Origin: Turneriella sp.
GTDB taxonomy: Bacteria > Spirochaetota > Leptospiria > Turneriellales > Turneriellaceae
Length of the DNA: 64,000 nucleotides
NCBI GenBank assembly: GCA_965279515.1
Contig: CBDIID010000003.1
Coordinates: forward strand, 3,808,001 to 3,872,000
Reading direction: 5' to 3'
The position numbers and the translations under genes are program-made. The notes below the pieces were generated by a model, which was given only the letters and a program-made list of their open reading frames with translations, was not told the origin of the DNA and did no database searches. Positions 1 to 9,807 of the stretch are shown piece after piece (position 1 is the stretch's first letter; the number at the start of each line of letters is the position of its first letter).

Positions 1-1064
1 TCCATGGCGCTGCCGAGATAACCTTCGACAGTGGCGGCATATTTCGGTACGGCCTCGTTGATGCGTTTGACGATGAGGCCTTTTAAAGATTCATATTTTT
101 CAGAACCGACGGCGAAGCTGAGGATCGGCTGTGCCAAACCTTCGATTTTTGCGAGTGCGCGGATGACATTGGACTGGATGACGCTGAAAAAGGCTTCAGC
201 GGCGCGGCCATAGATAAAGTTTTCGAGCACCTGGTGCGGCGAGAGGATTTTATTCGCGACAATGTCGGCGTATTCTTTCGAGACTTCTTTTTGTCGTTTG
301 AGGAAAAGGCCCTGGTATTTGACGAGGCCGAGAATTTTTTTCTCACGCAGCGGACGGAAGATCATCTTGAGCGCAAGCCAGTTGGTGTAATAGCCGACGA
401 TGACACCGACGACGGGTACGGTCCACGGTGCCTGGTAGAAGTGCCATTGCGCCATTTGCAGAACGCCGAAGGGCAGGCCGAAATAGATGCCGGAGAGCGC
501 GATGAAGGTGAATTCCTTTTTGCCGCAGCGCATGAACATTTCGTTCAGGAGGACGACGTTCTTGCCGGTAAGATTTTTAATGACGAGACTCTTGAGGTCG
601 AAGACGGCGAGAATGTTGCGTTTAATTTCTTTGATGGCGCCTTCGAGCAGCGGGCCGGTTTCTTTATTGACTTGTTTGGCGATCTGTTCGCGCACCGCGC
701 CGGGGGTGAGGTCCCAGACGGTTTGGTTGGCCGAACGGCCGACCTCGTCGACGAGTTCTGAGGTGACTTTTTTCATCGGCTCGGCGAGTTCACGGGCGAG
801 CAGATCGGGTTTGACTTTTTCAAAAATTTCTTCGACCTTGATGAGTTTCGTGGTCATGAGCTCGACGGACTTGGCCGCCATTTTGCCGGCTTTGCGCGGA
901 ATAATGCCCTGCCAGCCGATGTAGGGAGGGATGCCCCAGAATTTGAGGGGATAAAAGGTCATTTTGATCGCGAGCCAGTTGGTGAGCCAGCCGACAAAGG
1001 CGCTGGTGACGGGCATGCTCAGGTAGACGAGGAGTTCTTTATGTGTGTGGAGCCATTCGGACAT
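1..1064 (-). CDS. DUF445 family membrane protein (3' end outside window; missing from ORF track)
   Basis: Manual translation from ATG at 1064: MSEWLHTHKELLVYLSMPVTSAFVGWLTNWLAIKMTFYP...WQGIIPRK, with a second GYYTNWLALKMIFRP motif; frame stays open to position 1. Confidence 0.85.
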   Translation of the reverse strand, partial: MSEWLHTHKELLVYLSMPVTSAFVGWLTNWLAIKMTFYPLKFWGIPPYIGWQGIIPRKAGKMAAKSVELMTTKLIKVEEIFEKVKPDLLARELAEPMKKVTSELVDEVGRSANQTVWDLTPGAVREQIAKQVNKETGPLLEGAIKEIKRNILAVFDLKSLVIKNLTGKNVVLLNEMFMRCGKKEFTFIALSGIYFGLPFGVLQMAQWHFYQAPWTVPVVGVIVGYYTNWLALKMIFRPLREKKILGLVKYQGLFLKRQKEVSKEYADIVANKILSPHQVLENFIYGRAAEAFFSVIQSNVIRALAKIEGLAQPILSFAVGSEKYESLKGLIVKRINEAVPKYAATVEGYLGSAM

Positions 1065-1156
1065 TCGGGCAGGTTGTGCGGACACACGCGGAAGTCGACT
1101 CTTTAGCTGTGGGATTGGCATGTCCCGAAAACCAGCTTTACGCTCTGCGGGCTCAG

Positions 1157-2689
1157 ATGAGCGCTCATCTAATGATCGGCCTTTTTTCGCGTCTTAGATC
1201 AGGGGCTTTACCTGCCTTATCTCTCCTTTGTATTTTCGTAACGGGGTTTCCGGCGGCGGTTCAGTCAGAGGAAGGCACCCGCGCAAAAACCATGCGCAAT
1301 GAGACAAAGCAGGTTCCTAAAAATTCACCTTCGCCCGCGCCGGCAGAGGTACCTAGCTCTAACAGGCCGGGGCCAGATTATGTGCGTCCGGAACCCAGGT
1401 ATGAACCTCCGCCGCAGAGGGAAGAGAGAACCAGCCCAAACAGCACGGGACCGGTTTATTACGCTGATGAAACAAAGCCCGCCGAAACCAAGAAGAAGGG
1501 GAAGGCTGGCGCGAAATCGGCGGTACCGGCAAAGGCCAATGCTTCCACAGCAACGACGCCATCGGCCGTTTGTGCCCTTTGTACCGACGAGGGGCCCCAG
1601 GATCCACAGAGTAAATTCGAGAAAACGGTTAAAGAGAAAGGTTCTCCGGTAAAGTATCTATCCGTCAATTCCAGAATCGCTTTCACAAACTGGAATTTTA
1701 ATTTCAGTCCCGCGATACAGTATGAGAGTACTTTTTTTCCGACATACGAGCTGGATCTGAACGCTTTTGGATTCGAATTTTCTTATATGACGGCGATACC
1801 ACCGCAACCGGCAAACCTGTTTCGGGAGATTCCCCTCGTCGGGCAGGAAAATACATTGCGTAACTCGGTGATGGAATGCCTTCGGCTGGGTGTGTTGCCG
1901 CTCACTTTCATGGAACACCCGTTACTCAAAAACCTGCTTGCCGTTGAATTCAGAAAGACGACAAAATCGACAACGATCGTCGCGGCCCAGAATTTATATT
2001 ATTTTCCATACGCAACGTATCCGGGATTGACGCAGCAGGATTCCGACCTGGGTATGATTTATTACGAACAAAAACCCGCCGGCACCAGGCTTTCTTACAA
2101 CATTAAAGAACGCGACTGGCTTGTCACGATTGGCCTTTGGGCGCTTCGCATGGGGTACTTCGATATCAACTACTCGAAACCCTACCAGATGGATGCGGAA
2201 ATTTACCAGGGGAATACGCTCATCGACCGGCGTGTATTCCTGTTTGAGGGCCAGGCTACGGGTCGCGGCTTCATGATCGGGCTGCAAAATCTTTATTTTC
2301 CGACGTGGGATACACGGCGTTTCTATTTTACGACGCCCGATCTTCTGGCAGATGGATTTTTCTGGGGCTTGAAAGAACTGGGTTTCTATTGGGGCTCTGG
2401 CAGCATTCTCTTACAGAACAACCTGGATCTCGTGGAAAAGTACCGGGCCTTTTACCAGAATGAAACAGGTCGTTCGCCTTCGGTTTCATTTGCGCGGCAG
2501 GTATTTCATGTCGTCATCGGCTACAAATTCAACCATTATTTCAAAACATTTATCGAGTATCGTTATGCGAACTATTCGTTGGCGCTAAAAGACAGTTACG
2601 AAGATGCTGCCAACAGCTATTTCCTGAGCCATGCGCTCAACAGAGATACGGTTCAGCAATTTGGGATTAACCTGACCGTCGCCTTCTGA
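1157..2689 (+). CDS. Hypothetical exported protein, probable outer-membrane beta-barrel with a Pro/Lys-rich N-terminal linker
   Basis: Signal-peptide-like hydrophobic stretch, low-complexity linker, aromatic-rich alternating strands, C-terminal GINLTVAF; start uncertain (1157 or 1172). Confidence 0.6.
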   Translation: MSAHLMIGLFSRLRSGALPALSLLCIFVTGFPAAVQSEEGTRAKTMRNETKQVPKNSPSPAPAEVPSSNRPGPDYVRPEPRYEPPPQREERTSPNSTGPVYYADETKPAETKKKGKAGAKSAVPAKANASTATTPSAVCALCTDEGPQDPQSKFEKTVKEKGSPVKYLSVNSRIAFTNWNFNFSPAIQYESTFFPTYELDLNAFGFEFSYMTAIPPQPANLFREIPLVGQENTLRNSVMECLRLGVLPLTFMEHPLLKNLLAVEFRKTTKSTTIVAAQNLYYFPYATYPGLTQQDSDLGMIYYEQKPAGTRLSYNIKERDWLVTIGLWALRMGYFDINYSKPYQMDAEIYQGNTLIDRRVFLFEGQATGRGFMIGLQNLYFPTWDTRRFYFTTPDLLADGFFWGLKELGFYWGSGSILLQNNLDLVEKYRAFYQNETGRSPSVSFARQVFHVVIGYKFNHYFKTFIEYRYANYSLALKDSYEDAANSYFLSHALNRDTVQQFGINLTVAF

Positions 2690-2852
2690 GTGCAGGGTGT
2701 TGATGCTGCGATTTTGACGGCAAGCCCTCGTCGAGACCTTCTTCGCTGTTCACGACACGCACCGCCTGCGCAAGGGAACAGCCCTATCCCGGTCATGAGT
2801 CAACGAAACAGATGACAAATTGTCGCTGTTTTTTCTGATGTGCGTCCCGTTT

Positions 2853-3911
2853 ATGCCAGTACCTGAAGAGACAAAACCAGTTATCCTGGTCGTCGATGAC
2901 ACAAAAGAAATCCGCGACATTCTTACGAAATTGCTGAGTGGCAGATTTGAGGTTATGACTGCCGGAGACGGTGAGGTTGCCCTTCAGATGCTGAAAGAGG
3001 GCATCAAAAAACCGGATTTAATCCTGCTCGACATGAGCATGCCGGGCAAAGACGGTCTGTTTGTCTGTGAAAAACTGAAAAGCCATGAAACAACAAAGGC
3101 GATACCGGTGATTTTCCTGACCGGGAATACGGATGAAGGGATGATCAGTAACGGCTTTGCAGTGGGGGCAGTAGACTATGTCCGCAAACCTTTTCATATT
3201 AAGGAATTGATGGCGCGCATTGAGACGCATGTGCGCCTGAAACGCTCCATTGAGACGCTCTCCAATTTGTCGCAACAGCTGGGTAAATACCTTTCACCGG
3301 GACTCTATGAATCGATTTTCAGCGGCCATACGCATGTTCGAATAGAATCGCAGCGCAAAATTCTGACGGTATGTTTTACCGACATTGTCGGCTTCACGCC
3401 GATCTCTGAAAAACTCAGCAACCGCGAACTGACAGACTGGTTGAATACCTATCTGAACAAAATGGTGGCGATTGCGATCCGCCACGGTGGCGCGCTGGAT
3501 AAATTTATCGGTGACGGAATCATGTTTTTTTTCGGCGATCTCAACCATGAAGATCCGAAGACAGGAGCACTGAACTGTGTAAAAATGGTGCAGGAGATGA
3601 TCGTTGCTGCCAATGAGATGAATATCAACATCAGGGGCGGCATCAATACGGGCCCGTGCCGCGTCGGCAATTTCGGCAGTGAAAACCATATGGAATACGG
3701 AGTGATCGGCCGCGAAGTGAATCTTGCGGCGCGCCTGGAATCCAATTCCGAACCCAACAGGATTCTGATCAGTGAAGCGACATATGATTTAATTAACGAC
3801 CAGATACCCTGCGAGGCCAGGGGCAAAATACGGGTAAAGGGGATTGATGAGCCCGTATCGGCCTATTGGGTAAGTGCGGAGACACCGCTCAGAACGGCTT
3901 CACCGAATTAG
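2853..3911 (+). CDS. Response regulator receiver + class III adenylate/guanylate cyclase
   Basis: REC motifs (LVVDD, LLDMSMP, KPF); cyclase motifs FTDIVGFT, DKFIGDGIM, VNLAARLES. Confidence 0.9.
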   Translation: MPVPEETKPVILVVDDTKEIRDILTKLLSGRFEVMTAGDGEVALQMLKEGIKKPDLILLDMSMPGKDGLFVCEKLKSHETTKAIPVIFLTGNTDEGMISNGFAVGAVDYVRKPFHIKELMARIETHVRLKRSIETLSNLSQQLGKYLSPGLYESIFSGHTHVRIESQRKILTVCFTDIVGFTPISEKLSNRELTDWLNTYLNKMVAIAIRHGGALDKFIGDGIMFFFGDLNHEDPKTGALNCVKMVQEMIVAANEMNINIRGGINTGPCRVGNFGSENHMEYGVIGREVNLAARLESNSEPNRILISEATYDLINDQIPCEARGKIRVKGIDEPVSAYWVSAETPLRTASPN

Positions 3912-4506
3912 CAGAGAAGCGCCGGTTCAATTCTTCAAAGAGCGGATTCGATTCACTTTTTGAGCTGTATACGAAATCGCGCAGATGGCCGACCCAGCCG
4001 GGGCCCATCAGTATGCGGCGGATGGTATCTTTGATTGCGCCGAGGCGTTTTTCCAGGTCGCGTTCGTGCCCTTTTCGCAACGCCAGATAACGTTTCGAAG
4101 CGCGGTCGATGAGCATGCCAATATTCCAGGAGGCGGCAATTTTTAATGTGTCGCCGAGTTCTTCCGTTGAAATCGGTTTCTGCAGGTAATAGATTGCTCC
4201 CATATTCTGCGATCGCTGCGCCGTCTTTACGCTTGGGCTGCCGGTCATGATCGCAACGGCGGTGGAGGGCATTTTTTCGCGTATTATTTCGGCGAAGGCG
4301 ATGCCATCCAGCTTACCCATGCGGATATCCGACAAAATGATATTAAATTTACGCTGCTCGAGGAGCTTCAGCGCATCTTCGGCGCTGGGGCATTCTTCTG
4401 TCTCATATCCCCAACCCTCTGCGATGCGCCTTACCAGCGCGCGAATCGAGCGATCGTCATCGACAATCAGCAGCCGGATGCCGGAATGGGGTGCCTGGTA
4501 TGCCAT
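3889..4506 (-). CDS. Response regulator with an uncharacterised C-terminal helical domain
   Basis: LIVDDD, SDIRM and KP REC motifs; ~80-aa tail with no recognisable HTH. Confidence 0.85.
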   Translation of the reverse strand: MAYQAPHSGIRLLIVDDDRSIRALVRRIAEGWGYETEECPSAEDALKLLEQRKFNIILSDIRMGKLDGIAFAEIIREKMPSTAVAIMTGSPSVKTAQRSQNMGAIYYLQKPISTEELGDTLKIAASWNIGMLIDRASKRYLALRKGHERDLEKRLGAIKDTIRRILMGPGWVGHLRDFVYSSKSESNPLFEELNRRFSANSVKPF

Positions 4507-4520
4507 GAAATTCTCCTTTT

Positions 4521-7500
4521 CTAAATCTTATCGCTGGCCTTCTTGATGAGTTCGTCTCTGACTGCCTGCAGCAACATTTGCGCTGTATAAGGTTTCTGTA
4601 AAACATGGATTTTGCGGCCAGACTGCAGATTATCAATCTTGGCCTGCGCATCTACGCCACTGACGGCAATGATAGGTAGATCTGGTTTTATCTTCAAGAT
4701 GACGCGAATGACGCCGGGACCGTCGAGAACGGGCATCATCATGTCCGTAACCATCAGAGCGATTTTTTCTTTGTTTTCAGCAAAAACGGCTAATGCGTCA
4801 GCACCGTCGGTAGCTATTTTGGTTTTGTAGCCAAACGTTTCCAGCGTTTGGCGCGTAACCTCGCGCACGTGCGGCTCATCATCCACAACGAGAACCAGTT
4901 CGCCGTTACCCCGCAATAATTCCGGTTGTGCGGTCTCGGAAGTGACCTCGATGCCCGTCCCGAGTGCAGGGATGTAGAGATGAAAACGTGAGCCGCGGCC
5001 GGGTTCGCTATAGGCGCGCATGAACCCGCCATGGCTTTTGATGATGGCGATCGACGTCGACAGGCCCAAACCGGTGCCTTTACCGAGTTCTTTGGTCGTG
5101 AAAAACGGTTCGAATATTTTCTCGAGAACTGCTGCCGGCATACCCGATCCGGTATCTTCGCAGCGGATAACCACGTAGTTGCCGGGCCTGGCGTCGATGT
5201 GCATGCCCGCGTACTGGTTGTCGATAACACAGTTTTCGGCAACGATCGAAAGCCTGCCGCCTTCGGGCATTGCATCGCGCGCGTTGACTGCAAGATTCAT
5301 CAATACCTGGTGCAATTGCGTGAAGTCAGCCTTAATGTTCCACAAATTTTCCGCCACTTCGGTGTGAAGCATTACATTTTTAGGAAATGTTTCCTGCACT
5401 ATCTTGGCGAGTTCTGATAACAGGTCCTGAATGTTCACGGTCTCCTGGTTACCTTCAACGCCACGGGCAAAGGAGAGCACCTGGCGGACCATGTTGCTGC
5501 CGCGTTTCGCGCTGCCCTCAATCATGGCAACCAGGTCGAGCTGGTCTTGGGACAATGCGTCGGCTTTGAGCACGTCGACGGCCAGCATGATTGGGGTCAG
5601 CACATTGTTTAGGTCATGCGCGATACCGCCGGCGAGCGTGCCAATACTCTCGAGTCTCTGCGCGCGCATGAATTGCTGCTCCAGTTTTCTGCGTTCAGTC
5701 ACGTCTGTATTGATACAGAGGATAGATTTGGGAACCCCCGCTTCATCGCGCAGCAGCGTCCAGCGCGCCTGGACGCTGAGTTTGTGCCCGTCTTTCGTGG
5801 TCTGCTCGAGTTCGCCCGTGAATTCTCCCTTGTTCAGCACTTCGATCATAGCCGCATCAAACTCTTCGGGGTTCGGATAAAGCAAGGTGCGTATGGATTT
5901 TTCATTCGCTTCTTTTTTCGTCCAACCATACATACGCTCAGCGCCCTGGTTCCAGTAAATAATTGAATTCGAAAGATCGCGCACCAGAATTGCATCGCGC
6001 GCCTTATCGAGCAGCGTAGCTTGTTCGCGTACCTTCTCGTCAGCCTTTCTGCGCTGCGTAATATCCTGCACGGTACCTGACATCAGATCTGGTTTGCCGT
6101 TTTCATCAAAGATTATTTCACCTTGTTCATGGACTATCAGCTCTTCACCATTTGGTTTCAAGATACGGTGCTCGATGTTCAGGGCGGGCCCACCCGCGAG
6201 TGCTGCTTCGAGTGCCGCCGTGACCCTGGCGCGTTCTTCGGGGAGCAGCAGGTTCATAAAGACGCCGACACTCGGCGTGAACACCTGGGGGTCGCGGCCA
6301 AAGATACGATAGACCTCGGGTGACCAGATGAGTCTGTCTTCTTTTATGTGCCACTGCCAACTGCCGAGCCCCGCAATACGTTGTGCCAGAGCGAGGTTCT
6401 GTTCATTTTCACGCATGACGAGCTCGGCTTTTTTTCGCTCGGTGATGTCCCGCACCACGACCATAAATCGTTCCCGGTCGAGCGGTGTAAGGGTTCCCTC
6501 AAAGTGCAACGGTATGCCGGCGACGGGCATCGAAAATTCGAAGCGCTCCATATGGCTACCTGCAGAAATCTTTTTAAGGCTTTCGGTTACACGTTCAGAC
6601 AAATCACCAGGTAAAACTTCCCGAAATGATTTGCCCAGGAAATCTTCGGGTTTGTGCGCAAGACGGTTTGGATCTGAGGCATGGTAGTCAATAAAAATGC
6701 CACTGTTATCGAGCAAGAACAGCAGATCGGGTACGGCATTGACGATCAGCCGGTTTCTGTCCTCAAGCAGTTTACGTTCGGTAATATCCTGAACCGTGCC
6801 GCGCAGGCCAACAATCGTGCCTGTATCGTCTTTGATAGGAGTGCCGCGCGAAATCACCCAACCGGGACTGCCATCGACGCGGATTATTTCGCATTCGACC
6901 TCGTAGGGTTCGCCGGTTTTATACGCTTTGTCAAAATTGGCACAAAGATCCGTCCAGCTCTTAGGCGTATACAAGCGGTTTACATCAGCGCAAGAAACAG
7001 GTCCCTGCGCCGGATCAAACCCATAGATCGCATACATTTGCGGTGACCGCACGGTTATATTGGTTGCTGCGAACCATTCCCAGCTGCCAACCCCGGCGAT
7101 ACTCTGAGCCTGCTGTAACGCCGCAGTCTGCCTTTCCAGCTCACGTATTAAAACTTCGCGCTCTGCGACCGTAGTCGAGGATATGTCTGCGAAAGTCAGC
7201 ATGAAACAATCGACCGTGTCCACCTGAACCGGGGCAGCAGAAAGCAGCACGAATTTGAATGTGTTGTTTTCTGCGCGTATCTCGCAGCGCCGGTCTGTGA
7301 TACTTCCCGCGTGGGCCAACTCGCCCTTGAGTTTTTTGTAATCATCCTGGTCTTTGAACAGGGTTTGAATGAGTACGGTTTTTCCAGTGATTTCTTTGCG
7401 CGAAATTTGCAGGAGAGTTTCGGCTTGTTGATTGCCCTCCAAAACCTGCCCCGTCCCGGCGTTGACGACGATGAGTGCGCCCGGGTTGATTTTCAGTAAA

Positions 7501-7598
7501 TGGTTTAACTCAGCGGTTTCGATGCGCAGTACGGCCGCAGATGCTGCGCGCCGATTATTTTCCGGGCCGCTGGGGGAGTACTGACCTGCATCGCTCAT
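4521..7598 (-). CDS. Multi-PAS hybrid sensor histidine kinase (PAS repeats-HisKA-HATPase-REC)
   Basis: Repeated DITERK PAS linkers, GIAHDLNN H-box, NARDAM, DTGSG, FFTTK/GTGLGL, C-terminal REC. Confidence 0.92.
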   Translation of the reverse strand: MSDAGQYSPSGPENNRRAASAAVLRIETAELNHLLKINPGALIVVNAGTGQVLEGNQQAETLLQISRKEITGKTVLIQTLFKDQDDYKKLKGELAHAGSITDRRCEIRAENNTFKFVLLSAAPVQVDTVDCFMLTFADISSTTVAEREVLIRELERQTAALQQAQSIAGVGSWEWFAATNITVRSPQMYAIYGFDPAQGPVSCADVNRLYTPKSWTDLCANFDKAYKTGEPYEVECEIIRVDGSPGWVISRGTPIKDDTGTIVGLRGTVQDITERKLLEDRNRLIVNAVPDLLFLLDNSGIFIDYHASDPNRLAHKPEDFLGKSFREVLPGDLSERVTESLKKISAGSHMERFEFSMPVAGIPLHFEGTLTPLDRERFMVVVRDITERKKAELVMRENEQNLALAQRIAGLGSWQWHIKEDRLIWSPEVYRIFGRDPQVFTPSVGVFMNLLLPEERARVTAALEAALAGGPALNIEHRILKPNGEELIVHEQGEIIFDENGKPDLMSGTVQDITQRRKADEKVREQATLLDKARDAILVRDLSNSIIYWNQGAERMYGWTKKEANEKSIRTLLYPNPEEFDAAMIEVLNKGEFTGELEQTTKDGHKLSVQARWTLLRDEAGVPKSILCINTDVTERRKLEQQFMRAQRLESIGTLAGGIAHDLNNVLTPIMLAVDVLKADALSQDQLDLVAMIEGSAKRGSNMVRQVLSFARGVEGNQETVNIQDLLSELAKIVQETFPKNVMLHTEVAENLWNIKADFTQLHQVLMNLAVNARDAMPEGGRLSIVAENCVIDNQYAGMHIDARPGNYVVIRCEDTGSGMPAAVLEKIFEPFFTTKELGKGTGLGLSTSIAIIKSHGGFMRAYSEPGRGSRFHLYIPALGTGIEVTSETAQPELLRGNGELVLVVDDEPHVREVTRQTLETFGYKTKIATDGADALAVFAENKEKIALMVTDMMMPVLDGPGVIRVILKIKPDLPIIAVSGVDAQAKIDNLQSGRKIHVLQKPYTAQMLLQAVRDELIKKASDKI

Positions 7599-7744
7599 GT
7601 CTTCGCCGCCTTACACGGTGCGCACTTGCTCTGGCGAGCAGGCAACAACGTCCAAGATAATCGGCGGTCACGACTTCATAACTTGAGAATTAGTCGATCA
7701 TTTTATTCAAAAAGCTCAGACGCGACTGACGGGTAATTTGGATT

Positions 7745-8785
7745 CTAGCGCGGGGTAATTTTCTGAGGACCGAAACTGGCCACATCCGTTACAGCCCCGC
7801 TTTGGATGTGATCAAACACGGCGACAATTTCATCCGGCGTCGGGACTATGTCTGCGGAAGTTTTTCCGATACTTTCAAATAGTTTTTTTCCAAACGCGGC
7901 GTTGAGCGCGGTCATATAGGCGCCGGCGGCGTTTTTACCGTCGATCACGGCGCGGAATTCGGCGAGTGATTTTTCTTTGTTGTCTGTGCGCAACACATCG
8001 AGCGAGCTCAGATATTTTTGCGGCGGTGGCGTATAGACACCCTCGGTTATCTTGCCGTCGTGCAGGTGCGCATAATGTGTTCGCGCGAGCGGAGAGATCT
8101 CGTCGAGCCCGTCTTCGCTGTGGACGACCAGCGCGGCCTTCAGGCCCAATAACTTCAGTGTTTCAGCGACGGGCAGAAGCAGGGCCTGTGCATAGACGCC
8201 CATGAGCTGCAACGGTGCCGCGGCGGGGTTTGCCAGCGGCCCCAGGACATTGAACACGGTGCGGACACCGAGTTCTTTGCGCACCGGGCCTGCATGTTTC
8301 ATCGCGGGGTGGTAGAGCGGCGCAAAGAAGAAGGCAAAATTATTTTCTTTGAGGCGGCCGGTGATGAGTTCTGGTTTTTCTTCGAGCGGATAACCCAAGG
8401 CCTCGAGGACATCCGCCGAACCTGAGGAAGATGACACGGCGCGGTTGCCATGCTTCGCTACGGGAATACCCAGGGAGGCCAGGGTTAATCCTACTAAAGT
8501 CGAGATGTTGATGAGGTGCGAGCGATCACCGCCGGTGCCGCAGGTGTCGATGAAAAGTGGCGGCAGTCCGGCGCGGTTAATCGGCGTCGCCATCTGCCGC
8601 ATTGTCTGCGCGCAGGCGGCGATTTCGGCGGGCGTTTCGCCCTTCATACGCAGCGCCATGAGCCAGGCCGCGATCTGCACGGGCGTCAGCTTGCCCTGCA
8701 TCGTCTCGGAAATCAGGTAGGTGATTTTTTCGCCGGTGAGATTTTGCCGCGCGAGCAGTTCTTCGAGAAGCGGGGTAAAAGCCAT
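7745..8785 (-). CDS. trpD: Anthranilate phosphoribosyltransferase
   Basis: DTCGTGGD, NIST, KHGNRAVSSSSGSAD, DGLDEIS motifs. Confidence 0.95.
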   Translation of the reverse strand: MAFTPLLEELLARQNLTGEKITYLISETMQGKLTPVQIAAWLMALRMKGETPAEIAACAQTMRQMATPINRAGLPPLFIDTCGTGGDRSHLINISTLVGLTLASLGIPVAKHGNRAVSSSSGSADVLEALGYPLEEKPELITGRLKENNFAFFFAPLYHPAMKHAGPVRKELGVRTVFNVLGPLANPAAAPLQLMGVYAQALLLPVAETLKLLGLKAALVVHSEDGLDEISPLARTHYAHLHDGKITEGVYTPPPQKYLSSLDVLRTDNKEKSLAEFRAVIDGKNAAGAYMTALNAAFGKKLFESIGKTSADIVPTPDEIVAVFDHIQSGAVTDVASFGPQKITPR

Positions 8786-8788
8786 GGC

Positions 8789-9775
8789 TCAGATCAGCTT
8801 GCGGATCATACCGGCAAGCTCTACCGGTTCGATGGTGTCAATGGCCAGCGATTCGGAGGGCACGTCGGAAAACAGGAAATAAGCTTTTTGTTTTTCGGTA
8901 TAGACCTGCCAGCTGTGTTTACGGTGGCGCGGCATCAGCGTGAGACTCTTCTTGCCGATGGCGGCCGCGATGTGGCGTGGCGCGGCGTCGTTTGCAATCA
9001 CGAGATGCGCGAGCGAAAACAGCGCCGCGGTGGCACCGAATTCAATCCCATCGGCGAAATAAACTTTGGCCGTGCGGATATCGCTCGTGTTGACCGCCTC
9101 TTCAAGCTCGGCGATGAATTTATCGTCACCGTAACCGGCGGCGAAGAGCACAGGTAAGAGAATGCGTTTCTTGCGGAACAGGCGCAGTGTCTCTATGATC
9201 TGGAAAACCGGGTAACGTTTTGTTTCTTTACTGGAACCAATATGCCAGATGATAAATTTACGGCCGAGGCGTTGCTTGTAGAGGTCAGCCCTGAGACGGG
9301 CAATCTCCTGTTTGTCGATGGTGATTGTGGGATATTCCACAGCGATGCCGGGCGAGACGAGCAGCGCGAGCTTGTGGTAATATTCGAAGGAGTTGAGTTC
9401 TGTATAACGCTCGCGCAGCGAGCGCGTTAAGAGAAAGCTCAGCGGCTGATTTTTAGTACCGACGCGAATCTTAATGCGCGCGAGAAATCCCCACCACATG
9501 GCCTGTCTATCGCTGCCGAAGGTGAGAATGACGTCGAATTGGTGCCGGCGGATCTGCCCGAGAACCTTGAAAAACCCCGCGGCCTTGCCGTTAGTGAGTT
9601 GCAGCGGCAGAACGTCTGCGATATCGGGGTGCTTGCGCAGCGCCGTGACGTTGCGTTCTTCGCAGGCCACAGAGATGCGCGCGGTGGGATGCTTCTCTTT
9701 GAGCGCCTGAATGACGCCCATCTGTAAAATGATGTCGCCGAGCGACTGCTTGGATATAATGAGGATTTTTTGCAT
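8789..9775 (-). CDS. Glycosyltransferase family 9 (ADP-heptose:LPS heptosyltransferase-like)
   Basis: KILII..SLGDIIL and NDAAPRHIAAA motifs. Confidence 0.85.
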   Translation of the reverse strand: MQKILIISKQSLGDIILQMGVIQALKEKHPTARISVACEERNVTALRKHPDIADVLPLQLTNGKAAGFFKVLGQIRRHQFDVILTFGSDRQAMWWGFLARIKIRVGTKNQPLSFLLTRSLRERYTELNSFEYYHKLALLVSPGIAVEYPTITIDKQEIARLRADLYKQRLGRKFIIWHIGSSKETKRYPVFQIIETLRLFRKKRILLPVLFAAGYGDDKFIAELEEAVNTSDIRTAKVYFADGIEFGATAALFSLAHLVIANDAAPRHIAAAIGKKSLTLMPRHRKHSWQVYTEKQKAYFLFSDVPSESLAIDTIEPVELAGMIRKLI

Positions 9776-9807
9776 TTTGGTTTCCCGTGCGGCGCTTTCG
9801 CGCTGCA

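Noticed and set aside
234..924. Plus-strand ORFs of 175 and 145 aa
   Set aside because: Antisense shadows of the DUF445 gene on the minus strand
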